Shown here piece after piece: positions 12,165 to 24,975 of a stretch of DNA of 64,000 nucleotides. Position numbers and translations under genes: made by a program. The notes under the pieces were generated by a model. The model saw only the letters and a list, made by a program, of their open reading frames with translations, was not told where the DNA came from and did not search any database. Source of the stretch: Calcarisporiella thermophila CBS 279.70 (Eukaryota > Fungi > Calcarisporiellomycota); contig NW_027192198.1 in NCBI RefSeq assembly GCF_041956535.1, forward strand, positions 380,714 to 444,713. Reading direction: 5' to 3'. The stretch's first letter is position 1, and each line of letters starts with the position of its first letter.

Positions 12165-13523
12165 TTATGCATTCGAAGAGCCATGTTTCTCATGCTGACC
12201 TAATAGTGTCTCCACAGCTATATAGCAAACCGCCACAATGACACATAGAAAAGCAGCCATGGCCATGTTGAACCGAATCGTACACACCATGCGTTTGATG
12301 AAGGAGCGTCCAGGGGAGACCGAGAGCAGCCCATCGTCCGAACTGAAGGAGGGGGCGTCGGAGGTAGGCTCCTCTTGTGCTGCGGGTGCAAGCGAGACTC
12401 GAACTAGAGCTGCTTCGTCGTCGTGGCTGGGCGGACCCTGTCTTGCTTGGGTTGTGGTCGCCTCAAGGGGAGGGGGAACGAGGATCCGGGTCAGGTAGAA
12501 CCATGGTCTCCACCTCCAAATCCAGGAAATGAAGTGGCCTAGCGTGTGAAAGTGGGTCCACAGGGAAGGTGCCTCCATCTCTCCGTTGAGGTACTCCTCG
12601 TCGAAAATAGAGGGCATCTCAAAAAGACACACGATATTCGCGTCGAGGGTATTTTTCCGGAAGAAGCGCCTTACGGATGCGGACCGAAGGTAATCTTTGT
12701 CGGTGGCAAAGAGGTAGGCTCGGAGCCTTGGCTCCTCCTGTCCCCTTACCTCCTCTCGGAGATCTTCGCGGGAATTCTCCACCCATGCCCGGATAGGCAG
12801 CGGGGCGGCGGTAAGCGGGGCAGAGGGGAGGGAGGAAAGGCGTGGAAGTTCTCTCAGCGGCGACGTTCCAAGACCTGGCCGCTCCTGTTTCCCGGGCTTG
12901 AATAGCTCCTGTTCAAACGCGTCGTGAAGGGACGCGAACGGGGATCGAATGGTGGAGGTCGGACTATTGATCACGCTACGCGCCAGTTCGTGGCCCAAGC
13001 CTTGCGCAGGGGTGGGCGAGCCTGAGGAGAGCAGAGCGCGAATGGGGTCCCCATTATCTCTGGCGGGGGTGGGGGAGGAGGCGGGGGAGAGGGTATTTTG
13101 CCAATGCATATGCCATCCCGCCTGGCTCTCCGGGCTTTCTCCCGGATCGATAGGCCTCTTCTGTCCAGGGGGTGGGGGCACTGCGAAATAATGGACCGCA
13201 TGAATCTCCGTATTCGTCAATGGGTTTAGAACGCAGAGTCTATGAATGGCCCGGCGCTCGCCCAACTTTTGAGTGCAAAACAGAAGTTTGTTCAGATAGC
13301 CCGCATGGTACCAGGAATAGCACTCTTTGTTAGTTTGAGAATCGAGGGTGGTGACCCGTGCGAGCACAAAGGTGCTGCCCTGGGCATGATGCATGTGGAT
13401 GAGGTCCGCGAAGGCGTCCAGGGTGAAGGCGTCCATGGTGGAGAGCGGGAGAGTGCCAAAGGTGTGCTCGCCATAGGCATTACATATATGAAGGTCGACC
13501 TCGTGGTCGCCGGAGGGGCCCAT
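12165..13523 (-). CDS. Conserved hypothetical fungal protein with C-terminal TM helix (resembles the DUF5092-type family)
   Basis: Intronless 452 aa. N-terminal domain DAFTLDAFADLI..H...FVLARVTT..YSWYHAGYLNKLLF...NPLTN; C-terminal hydrophobic helix. The family call is from memory. Confidence 0.7.
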   Translation of the reverse strand: MGPSGDHEVDLHICNAYGEHTFGTLPLSTMDAFTLDAFADLIHMHHAQGSTFVLARVTTLDSQTNKECYSWYHAGYLNKLLFCTQKLGERRAIHRLCVLNPLTNTEIHAVHYFAVPPPPGQKRPIDPGESPESQAGWHMHWQNTLSPASSPTPARDNGDPIRALLSSGSPTPAQGLGHELARSVINSPTSTIRSPFASLHDAFEQELFKPGKQERPGLGTSPLRELPRLSSLPSAPLTAAPLPIRAWVENSREDLREEVRGQEEPRLRAYLFATDKDYLRSASVRRFFRKNTLDANIVCLFEMPSIFDEEYLNGEMEAPSLWTHFHTLGHFISWIWRWRPWFYLTRILVPPPLEATTTQARQGPPSHDDEAALVRVSLAPAAQEEPTSDAPSFSSDDGLLSVSPGRSFIKRMVCTIRFNMAMAAFLCVIVAVCYIAVETLLGQHEKHGSSNA

Positions 13524-15399
13524 ATTAAGTTGGGATAAGCAGCAAGCGTGTCGCGGAGGAAGTTGTAAATAAACGATCTGTGTTTCTTTAGCAAATATGG
13601 TGGTAGTATGGCATGGATAAGATGGCCGAGCACAATAGTATTATGTGGGATAAAGGCCCTGCCTTGGACAAGCAGTGGGGAGAGAGAAAAGAAAAGCAGC
13701 GGAGCCCATCTACCCGTCTGTTAGAGCGATCAAGGTGAAATCGGAAATTTTCCGCTGTCTTTCCCGCACATATACTAGAATCGGTGAATAAAAACGCTCG
13801 CGTTGGCCACACTTCACTGCTAAAACAGCGGTCCCAATAATGAGATGCGGACAAATTCAAAATGGATTAGGGCTTCTCTCTCCCTTTATCTCCATTGTGA
13901 ACAAGGGAAACTGATGGACGCTCTTCTTACCCGCGCTTGCTCGACTTTCTCAGCAGGATAGGTTGGCAGGGAAGTCGGAGGGGTCCCTCTTACAGGAGAG
14001 AGTTTACACGGCTTCAAATCAGATATGTGCTTAGGCTGGAAGGCTGCCAAGTCCCATGGAGAATGCCAATTCGAATCCCCCTCTCATAGCTGCGTCGAAG
14101 GCTTCTAATTAGGAAAGCGTAATTTGTTAATTTTTATCTCAAGCTCCACCCGCAATTTACTCAAATAAGAAGGTTGATCCACTAACATGTATCATCCTTC
14201 CTCTTTGTTTTTTTGATGTAATACAAAATCATTACGCTACATTGTTGGTTTGGGTTGTTCCCTCCCCTCCCTCAGGAAAGCACACATGTCCACAAACCAT
14301 GTTGACTAATTTGCTATTCATGCCATTAGACTTGCGTGTGCGCATTATGATTAAGCTTCAATTTTAGCAATGCTTCCTATTTCTCACACACTGAATGAGA
14401 TAATAGGTTGTCAAACAATCCCCGCCCTCTTCATATGCAGTTCAGTGCCTCCATTACCTTATGGGAATATCCGTGACAAGGAACATGTCTTTCGATTTGG
14501 GAAGGAAATGTTAACGTAATTTTTTTTCCCATCGATTCCAGCAAGAAGGGGAGGAGATGGCAAGGAGGTCTCGACCACTACGCTCTCACTGATAAGGGCT
14601 CGCAATAGATTGAACCGAGAGGGGTCCAACCCCTTTGGAATATGTCATGATGGGGCGAAAGCTACCCAACCCACGGAAATGTGAAAGGGATTTGGCATCA
14701 CAAGCCTTCTTTGGATCAATCAGGTGCATTTCGGGCTACCCCCCCCCCTCGATTTGGTGAGCCAAGCAGCGGATGCATGCATTTCGAGGCCGCGGCGACA
14801 CTGATTTCGTGGCTGAGGCCATTCGTGACCGGGGAGTGGTTCAGAAACTCTCCCCCTAGGAAAATGGAGTATTGCAAAAGCAACCGCATAGTTCTCCCTT
14901 CTCACAAGTTTAATTTTCTTTTTTCTTTTCGGCTGTCTCACTAGTCAGGCGTCACAGCGTGGAGATTTATTTTAGGCCTGCTGACGTCAATCGGTGACTT
15001 CAACGACTGAATAGGTCTTGGGAGTCCCCCTTTGACTTGCAATGCGTGCTTTTTTTAAACTCTCTAGACACTAAAAACTCTCATAGGAAAAAAAAACCCC
15101 TGTTTCCATAGCTGTAGTGTAGGCTCTTGGCCGCCCCTCTCTTATTTCTTTCACGCTTCTTTACTGTCTACTCTCCGCCTCTCCATCCCCTCCCATATAC
15201 CACTCCGTTGTCTTCGATTGAGCATTGATTTCTACGCTTTTGTATTTGGGGATTCCATCCGCTTTAGTAATCGTTTCTAATTGCACCCCCCTAATTCACG
15301 CTTCTCCTTTTCCATCCCCTCTTCTTTTTGCTTGCTCGTCTTATCCATCTTTTTTTCTTCCTCCTTCCTCCATTTTGGATATATCCCATCATTGAGCCA

Positions 15400-18300
15400 A
15401 TGGTGGCAGCTGTCCCTCCGACCCCAGAATCTTCTGGAGGCACTCAAAAGTTCGACCCGTCATCCTCATCGCGGCTTGGCCATTCCTCTCCATCGAGCAA
15501 CTCGTCGAACTCTTCTTACAACCCGGAACGTAAACCTCGACCATCGGGGAGATCTCGAGGTGGTGGATCGGCCACTGGCAATTATCACGGAGGCAAATAC
15601 AATCGACGTCAACATCGACACGAGCATCAATCACATAATCACCCCTCGCCACACTTGGCTCATCCTCATATACCCCCATATGGTTTCGACCCCGCAGCGG
15701 CAGCAGCAGCTGCCGCGATGTATGCTGCGTGGAATTTCCCTCATGGGCAGCCGCATTTACCGCCGGGCCTCCACAGCGCGCATCAAGGCGGCGAAGGAGG
15801 AAATCCACCTGGCGATCTGTTACCACCACACTATTTCTTCTATCCGCCAACCGGTTTGTATTATCCCGCACCAGGGCAATATCCGGTCGCCATCCCGCCT
15901 TTTTTCCCGAACAGCTCCCCAGCCGAGAAGCCATACTTATCGCAAGAGCAACACCCGGCTATTCCTGACGCAGATACGAATGCGAGTGGTTCACAGGATG
16001 GAGAGGATACGTTGCCCGAAAAATCCCCTGAAAAAGCGGCAAATGGTGCCGCAAGTGCATCATCAGGTATGAACATTTGATTGAACTATTTTTTGTTCAA
16101 TACACATTGTGGTACGTGCGGCCCAGCTCTTACACAAATACATTTTTCTACGTGTATAGGTGGAGAGGAGCTTCGTCAAGCCTTAAGAAAGCAGCTTGAG
16201 TACTATTTCTCAAAAGAAAACTTGTCCAAGGACGCGTATCTAGGTAGCTATTTTGTTTGATCCTCTGCCCCGCCATTGTCAAAGGCTTACTAGTATGGTG
16301 TATAGTCTCCCACATGGACTCTAACCTATTCGTGCCGATTACCGTCATTGCTGAATTTAAGATGGTGAAACACCTCACCACTGATCTTCAATTGATCGTG
16401 AGCGTGCTGAAGGAGTCCCCAAACATCGTTGTCGACGATTCGGAAACGCGGGCTAAGCCTAATATTCCTGCCAATAAACGCAATACCATCATTCTTCGAG
16501 ACGTCCCGTCCGATGTCACTGAAGAGGTACTCCTCCCCCCATCCTTTCTTCTCCCGCCACTGAAATTGTTAGGCTCACCCCTCCCCTACTTGCTTTTTTG
16601 CCATTTCTCTAGGAGATTCGCTCGATCTTCCAGGTGGAGAACTCTAGGCCCATAGTGAGTATTAAGCCGGAGATTGGAAATCTGTGGTATATCACATTCG
16701 AGACCGAGGAGGACACCCTGGAAATGTGGAGCGCCACTCGGAATAAGACGCTCCGGGGAAAACAGATTGCAAGCAGGATTAAATCGGAAAATATGCTTAA
16801 GAGTTTGTAAGTATCATGCATTGTTGCGACGAAAATGGCCCCACTTTTTTCATCCTCCTCCCATTTCTAGCTATCATCCAGACGCTCTCGGTCAGCTTAA
16901 AGGCGGGCCGTCCGGGGACCCCCATATTTCGCCCAGTATTCAACCGGACCACCGCCACGCAACTGGCCAGCCCATTGCTCCTGTCCATGTAATGAACAGC
17001 TACCAGGCCATGGGCCCCGCCATCGACCCTATTTACGGGGCTTACTACAACCAGGCATTGTATCCTCCACCCATGTATCCTTCTTCCATCAATGGCCGAT
17101 GGCTATCTCCACCCTACGGCTATATCCCCGATGGCTACAATCAGTACTACGACGGGAATGCGCCGGTACCACCCCCGTCTACGACACAACCGAGCCCGAA
17201 TCCCAGTAAGGAAGAAGACAATGAAAACGGTAGCCCGGTCCTGAACGGCAATGCCAATGGCAACGGCAGTGATGTTGCAGGGCATAATAAAAATTCTCCA
17301 CTGGGTCAAGGTTGGAGGGAAAAAGAGCCGCGCCCAAGAAAAGGTATTAGCGCAACTCTCAGGCCACTTTGATTCACAATTTCTAACTTCTTGTATTTAA
17401 CCTCTCCAACTAGAGCACGCAAACGAAAACCGGCCTGGATCCAACTACCGGTCTCGCCGCCCGTTTGACCATCGTATGTCATATCGAAGACACGCCGCTA
17501 CTGCCGAGGAAGAGGTGGAGGGTCTGCCCTCAAATATGGCTAGCAATGAGCTTGACCCAGTTGCTGGAGATCCCACCTTGATTTCCCAGGACAACCAAGG
17601 TGCCAAGGGCTATCCGAAACATGCGGCCAGACTTTCATCCGATCCCCATCCCCCTCACTCGAACTCTCTGTCGTGGGGTGCTTCCGAACTTCAGTATGCG
17701 GAGATCGTCGGCGGAGCCTTCGAGACTGGTCCCCATACATATGAAGGTGACCCTTCTTTCCCACGTGACGACTCCGAGTGGCGGAAATCTTCAGAGCCAA
17801 AGCGTGGTGCCGGGTCTTCTCGTCCACAGCCCAAGGATGGCAATCGGTCCAGTCGACGCGCAGAGAAAGGGAACCGCACTTGGATCCGACCCAACGAAGA
17901 ACCTTTGAGGCCGGGTAAATAGTTTCTTTTTGAATGGACTTTGACCTTATTACTGACTTTGCGCCCACCAATAATGCTAGCTCCGAATCTTCGCGAGGAG
18001 GAGCATTTCCCACCTTTACCCACTGCTAAATCGCCCACCCCAGACAAGCAAGGTAATCAGTCTTTCTGCGCTAACACCTCCCTTGTGGTTGACGAAATTT
18101 CTCCACTTTCGATTCTAGTCCCCACTCCCGCTGCGCACGGGTCTTTGGCCGACATTGTGAAGCGAGCCCTTCCTCAGCCAAAGTCACAGACGGCAGGACA
18201 CGAAGTTGACAGAGATACTTCTTTCCCGCTGCTAGATGCAGGCTCTGCTGCACAAGGCCAGTCCCCAGTCCCTCGGGAATCCTTGGACGCAAAAAGCAAT

Positions 18301-18732
18301 TCGAAAGAGTCGCGCTTGAACGACCACAAGAATGTCGACCAGGCCCCTCACGCCGCCTCCGCAGATGCGACTCGACCTTTGCCTCTAGCGAATGGGCGGG
18401 AGAATTCACCAACAAGCTACGGTAGAGGCCATGGTTTCGAGGCTCATCCTGAGCTGTTGTCGGCGGGATCCGCCGAAAACGCCACTGGCTCTTCTGTTGG
18501 CACGAAGTCCTCCTCTGTTGGAATAAGTTACGCACAGATATTGAAGCAGACTAAGGAAACCCATTTGGATGGGAAAGCGGATAGAAAAGAGATCGGAGAG
18601 CAGGCATTTGGCAGGGAGGTGGAGAAAAAAATAGAGATAAAATCGGGCCTAAAGGTAAGATTAACTTGATTGATCGAATAACCTGCCTCATGCACTCACG
18701 CGAAATGTGTGTTCCAATTTTAGTCAGAGTGA
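15400..18732 (+). CDS. La-related RNA-binding protein, LARP4-like (La motif + RRM), multi-exon
   Basis: La motif LRKQLEYYFSKENLSKDAYL|VSHMDSNLFVPITVIAEFKMVK; RRM KRNTIILRDVP...NLWYITFETEED...RGKQIASRIKSE; later HFPPLP and SYAQI motifs. Confidence 0.85.
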
Positions 18733-19529
18733 ATTGATAACTGCCTCCGGTACGGAGAACGAATTGAGCAAGCGACGAGAGAGAGAGGGAGTTAGAGAAG
18801 ACGCCTGGTTGGCCGAAAAATTTTTTTTCACTCCTAGACGAAGAAATTGAGTATTCGGTTCTCTTCCTTTCCTATGCTTAGCGCTCTTTATTGGTTTTAT
18901 TTCTTCTCTAAACCATACAATTGCGAACGCTGCGAAAATATAGTAGGTTTTATGCTGATCGAATGGACATGATACCGACCTGTCCCTATATATATATATA
19001 CATTGTTACATTTGGTTACTATTCTTTTTCTTTTCCTCTCCTGCGAAATATTTCTTTGCGTTGTTTGCCTTATTTTGCGTATTCTATCCTAATATCTTTT
19101 GCGATATTTTTTATCCTTTTTTTTTTGTTTACCTTGAGATCTAAGATATCATCAATTTATATATATATATTTGCCTTTAATTTTCTCTATCGCACATTGT
19201 GTAGATTTTCTTTTTTTTTTGGAAAGATGGAAAAAAAATTACGAGCTATAGGAAGTTTTTCTTTATAAACCATTGTATTTGATATATATATATTTCCTCT
19301 ATCTCTACCTCTTTTTTTTTTTCTTACTACTTTTTTATCCTTTCATGATTGTACTCGTCCCTTATATTGCATAAAAATAAAAGGTGGCAAACCAAATGCC
19401 CGGAAGGGGGCGCAGCCAATTTCTCAAAAGTTTCAGAACCTTATCAGATAGTCTCTGTGTCAAAAAAACGATTCGAATTCGAGTTGAAGGAACCTCCTCT
19501 TTCACTCTAAACCAAGACAGGCGATTATA

Positions 19530-20563
19530 ATGGTGAGTTGAAGCTCTTGTAAACTTCACCTTGAAGGATCAGGTTGGATGGATGATGCACAGAGGATTGA
19601 GCACATGATGGTGATATTTGGATGGATTGGATCGATGGATGTTTAGAGGGAGAGGGGGATGGGAGAAGGGGGAGGCATCTTTCGATGTCGATACATGAGG
19701 CTCTTGAGTTAAGAGCAAGGGACGGAGATCAGCTCTCCTAGAGGAAAAGACAGGAGATTATTTTGTGGCTCGAATGCTTTTGCATCCCCTGAATCCGTTA
19801 TTGGTCGTTGTACACTAAGATCCAGCTTTTTGACCTCGATTTCTTTATATGTTTCATTATAGGGTATCGACATCCAGAAGCACCACGTCAGGAACACCAA
19901 CCGGACTGCTCCAAGCAGCCAGGATGTCTACCTTCGGTTGTTGGTCAAGGTAGGGGATCCCACTGATCTATGCTCTTTTTATTTATTATTCTATTCGAAT
20001 GTCGGATTCTAATCCCATGCTCCATCACTTCAGCTCTACCGCTTCCTTGCCCGCCGTACCGACTCCAAATTCAACGCCGTCGTCCTTAAGCGTCTCTTCA
20101 TGTCGCGCGTGAACCGTCCCCCCATGTCCATCTCGGCTATTGCCAACCAGATGAAGAACAATGAGGACAAGACCGCCGTGATTGTGGCCACCGTCACGGA
20201 CGACGAACGCCTGCTCGAGGTCCCCAAGCTTACCATCGCTGCCTTGCGCTTCACCGCTTCGGCCCGTGCTCGCATTTTGGCCGCTGGTGGCGAGTGCTTG
20301 ACCTTTGATCAGTTGGCTCTTCGCGCGCCCACCGGTTCAAACACCGTGCTATTGAGAGGAAAGAAGAGCTCCCGGGAGGCCGTGAAGCACTTTGGTTTCG
20401 GTCCCCACAAGAACAAGAAGTATGTTGCTAAAGCCGCTGTGTCCCGCCTCCTTCCACGTTTGCTAACCTCCCCACTCTCCTTTCTAGGCCCTATGTCCGC
20501 TCGAAGGGACGCAAGTTCGAACGTGCACGTGGTCGCCGCGCCTCCCGAGGCTTCAAGGTCTAA
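19530..20563 (+). CDS. RPL18: 60S ribosomal protein L18 (eL18), 4 exons; first exon is the ATG only
   Basis: M|[29 protein letters not shown]|[14 protein letters not shown]...[22 protein letters not shown]...[19 protein letters not shown]. Confidence 0.97.
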
Positions 20564-20766
20564 ATTGGTTTACCCTTCTTTTTATTTTTTTTCTATATAT
20601 TTTGCTTCTCCTTTTACGCTTTTTCCCTTTTTGTTCCTGTTTTTCCCTTTAAAAAAAGCAAGATCAAATACACTCTATGTCTCTTGTACTTTGGGGTGAC
20701 GAAATCAATTGAAACTCCTCAAAATTTCTCCTCGTGAATTTTCAAGTGAAAGTTTCAAAACCCAAG

Positions 20767-22070
20767 ATGACGACGAGCGACTACAAATTCCAATGTGCGC
20801 TAACCATCATACAGGAATTATCTCCAAATGGACCGCTCCAGCCGACGAACGATGAGAAATTACAGGTATGTGCCAGGCTAAGGCTGGATCCGGCCTTCGA
20901 CCGATGCGGGCCATCCCGCCTTCATTTTTAACCTGTGTGCCACCCGTTTTTGTTAGCTGTATGGGCTCTATAAGCAAGCGATGCTGGGAGACTGCCAGGG
21001 GACGCGGCCATCGATGTGGGATCTGGTTGGCCGGGCAAAATGGTGAATGCAGACTCCAGATGGGGGGTGGATTTGAAAGATTTCAATAACCTCTTCTGGC
21101 ACAGGGACGCATGGAATCGCTTCCGAGGAATTGGCCAGGACGCGGCCAAGACGCGTTACGTAGAGACGCTGGTTGGAGTAAATCTTCGTCCCGATAGTGT
21201 TAGACGCGATATGCTTGAGCACTGATTCCCCTAATGGACATTTACATAGTTTCTTAGACGATATCCCAACATACCGCTGGCGGAAGAACTGATAGACGCC
21301 CTGGAGAAAGGCGAGCAGAATCCCCCCCATGAGTATGGTGAGTAGACTGGATGTTCTCTGCTGTGGCCTGTCAGTTGTGCATGGTATGCTAACCCCTTCC
21401 CCCCCGGCCTGGTACAACCTCGGCAACCCTCTCCCCTGTGGTAGGATCATACGAGTCTGAGTTGGATTCTGGCGAAGAGGCCGCCGACGAAGACCACGGA
21501 GACGACGTGGGAGAGGTAGCCGCAACCTCTCCACGCGTAGAAGCCACCCCTTCCAATACCTCGTCAACCTACCCTCGCTACTCCCCAACGCTCACGAAGC
21601 GCTCATTGCGCGGCTCTCCTCGACCTCCACGACCTGCCGCAGACCCCGCCGAGGGCTCCAGCCAACGCTTCGAAGAGTCTCCCCTCCCCTCTCCACACAC
21701 CCCCGCTCAGACCCCAACCTACTCCCGACGCAAGGTTGCGCGCACACGCCCCTTGGCAGGCAAGCAGCCCCAAGGCTCCACGAACGTCACCTCGGCGGTG
21801 GAGCGCGCCCTCGAGCTGCTCCAGATGGAGGTCACCGCCCTCAACGAACGTATCAACATGCTGCGCCGGGAGTTGGAGGAATCAGAGAGTAAGAAACGGC
21901 GCATGGGTGGGGTGTGGGGCTTCCTGAGGGCCGCCATATGGCAAGCAATTGTAAATATCGTCATTCTTGCCGTCATCTCGACGATCATCTATCGGCGGCG
22001 GACTTCATCCTGGCCATATGCCGTGCTGAGCTACCTGAACCCGCTAAAACAGCTGCGGGATGTCCAATAG
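20767..22070 (+). CDS. Acyl-CoA-binding domain membrane protein (ACBD5/Atg37-like)
   Basis: ACB domain PTNDEKLQ|LYGLYKQAMLGDC..RPSMWDLVGRAKW|DAWN...AKTRYVETL. It is followed by a disordered linker, a coiled coil (LELLQMEVTALNERINML) and a C-terminal TM (AIVNIVILAVISTII). Confidence 0.88.
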
Positions 22071-22716
22071 TCCAGGCTGGCTCTACTGGTTGAACCGTTT
22101 AGCAGAATCTTTTTTTATTTTTTTTTACGGTTTCTTCATCCTCGAATTTAACGGGAACCATATAATGCTGTACATTAATTTGACTTTTTTTTTTTCCAAG
22201 GCGCCAAACCAAGCTAATCACTAAGATAAATAAACCCTCCCACTAAAACTCTCTCTTTTCTATTTTATTCTTCATTCTCTCCGCTACAAAGGCTTGTCTG
22301 AGATGGGAGGGGAGGGATGGTGGATAGAGCTGGAGGAATATAGGGTTTCGCCGGATTATCAAATATTGTCAGAGGGTGTGCCTTCGAATCTTATCGTTGA
22401 TTAAATAAGTGTAAATAACGAATTCTCAGCAGTTGATGCGTCAGCGTTATGAAGAATCGGACAGCCCTCAGAAATGTTCCCATGGGGGTGGGAACCTGAA
22501 TAGGATTCATGCTTGCTTAGGTGTATTAATGCGCTTGTACTCTGCAAAAACCCTAATTTCTCCCTTGGATTTCCATTCTGATCTGAAATATGTGCTGCGC
22601 CTATTTATTTCTATAAATTTCTCCGTGGAGACCTAAAGACCTGTGTCCCTTCCCTCTCCATCGTGAGTTTCTTTTTTTAGAGTCTTTTTCTCCCCCTCTT
22701 CCCTTCCTCAAAGGCA

Positions 22717-24975
22717 ATGGCGGAAGTCCAGCCCACCGCGCCGGAAATGCGCACCGATCACCCAATGGAGCAGGATGATATCTTCATTTCCTTTCTCAAC
22801 GAGGATTGTTTGGATCCTGTTGATGATTCGTATCAGCCTCCCCTAGAGGATGAGAATCTCTATCCCAAAGATTCTCAAGCTCCAGATTGTTTCTCGCCAT
22901 CCTTCCCTGACCACCACCATCACACAGACAGCAAGCCGCTCTCCCCGCCATGGTCGACATCCTCGCTATCGGATGGTGGGCTCAATGCAAGCCCGCGCTC
23001 CATCGTCCAGGATGATATTCCACTTTGCAAAGATGAGCCTCTCGACTGGCAGCTGTTTGGGAGCGCCATCAATGCATCAACCCTGCTTCCCGCCTCGCCC
23101 CAGCAGGACGACACCATTTTTAATAGTGCGATGCAAATCAGCGGGCTACATCCGGATTTCTCAGTCCTCTCGACATTGGCCGATATTGGCTCCACGGGGC
23201 TCCCGTACATCACACCATTGGCGACTCCTGTGGATGAGCAGCCGAAAAAGAAGCGCGGGCGAAAAAAAGCAAAGCAGGACAATGCACCCGTAGCTACTAC
23301 ACAAAATCCTAATCACCCTACGCGCCCCCGATTAGTCACTCCCTCGGATAATGCCTCGGAGCCCGCAAGTCTTCCCTCGCCCCCTCCGGCCGCCGCCGCA
23401 TCTAAACTTCTTCCTGCCTCCCAGCCCATATCGCCTAAGCAGGAGGGCAACACTCCCATTGCTCCCGACCGTAGAGCCTCTCTTGCGTCAGTTGCAGTCC
23501 GGCCAGCCACCCAGATTCTCCCAGCCGTGAAGGCAGAGCCCTCCACCCCCGCCGCCATCTCCTCCTCAACCTCCTCCTCCTCCCCCAGTCTAATTTCCAC
23601 ATCACCGGGCACCAGCTCCAACGATTCTCAGGACCCGGCGCTCGCCGCTGCGATTGCCAAACGACAAGAGCGTCTGATCAAGAATCGGGCGGCCGCTCTC
23701 CTCTCCCGCAAGCGCAAGCGCGAACACGTCACCAATCTCGAGCAACACAATGAAAAGCTCTCCTCGGAAAATTTGGAGCTCAAGTCGCGGATTGAGGAGC
23801 TAGAGCAGCGAGTGGATGTGCTTGTGAAGGAGAGAGATGCTGCGCGGAAGGAGGCGACGGAGTTGAGGGAGCGCTTCATGCGGCAGGACAATTCGTGGCA
23901 GCTGATGGACATCGAGCGTGACGCTTATCATCACGGAAACCAGCTCGTACAAAATCAAATGCAAGAGCGCGTGCTCAGCTCGAAGACAACCGGAGTTGTA
24001 TTCATGGTAATTTTATTTTTTTTTTGTGGAACTTGGTCTTCAGTGGTATAATAATTGTACAATGCATGGTCCTTACTATTAGATTATTCTCTTTTCGTTT
24101 GCCCTCTTCACTCTGCCGACGACTCGGTTGACCATTGGCGGCGTGGGGAGTCGACCGCTCCTTTCCCCAAGGTAAACTACTAGTGATCCACGATGGCATT
24201 CGACAAATTGCATGTACTGACTTCCTCTTCTTTTATTTGCAGCCCACCCTCATTCGCAGGCCGAATGTTCCTACAGGGGGCTTCTCTGCTAGACGGCTCG
24301 ACTCACCCCGCTCCCGAGAGTGAGCCCGCCAACCCCCCCGCGGCTCCCGAGCAAAGCTCCAACACCGACATCATCACCTTCACTGAGTCAAAGGACGTCC
24401 AAATATGGCTTGCGGACCGACTCGAGCACGCCGACTCCCAGGCGGAGTCCAAGGGCTCGGAGAGCGAGGCTCAGAAGGGAGTGAGCGTAATCAACAAGGC
24501 GCCCGGCAGGAGCGCCAGCATGGGGCCTTCCTCCCCGCTTGTCTACTGCCCTCGCCTGCCCAGCGTGTTTTCGCCCGAGATGATGCGCGCGGTGAGCAAT
24601 GGCGACGGCAACGCCGACTCGACCCAACGCCTGCGGCTCTCTCTCCTTTCGCCCCTGGCCAAGTCGCCCATTTCCGCCGCGTGGACCGACATGGGCATGC
24701 AACAGTGGGCCCTCCTTGCCAGCAACCACAACAGCAACTCGAGTGAGGGTACCGACTCCGGCGCTGTGGAGCCGCATCTTCTCCAGGTAGATGTTGAGGT
24801 GGTGGGCAGCCGCCTTGTGCCCGCTCCTCGGTGGGGCCTGGTGACCGGCGACGGCAAGACGCTCTCCGCCTCCAGCCTGAACTCTTCCGTTTTGGAGCGA
24901 GCCAAAGACCTGCACACCAACCGATCCGACCCCCCTGCGGTGAAAAAGCGTAAGATTGTGCGTGAAGCCATGTAA
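22717..24975 (+). CDS. Membrane-tethered bZIP transcription factor, ATF6/CREB3-like, 3 exons
   Basis: bZIP KRQERLIKNRAAALLSRKRKREHVTNLE...; spliced TM TGVVFM|IILFSFALFTLP; luminal RPLL; C-terminal LLQVDVEVVGSRLV. Confidence 0.85.

Noticed and set aside
19533-19862. Intronic C/D snoRNA in RPL18 intron 1
   Set aside because: No exact RUGAUGA...CUGA pair with a terminal stem could be identified by eye.
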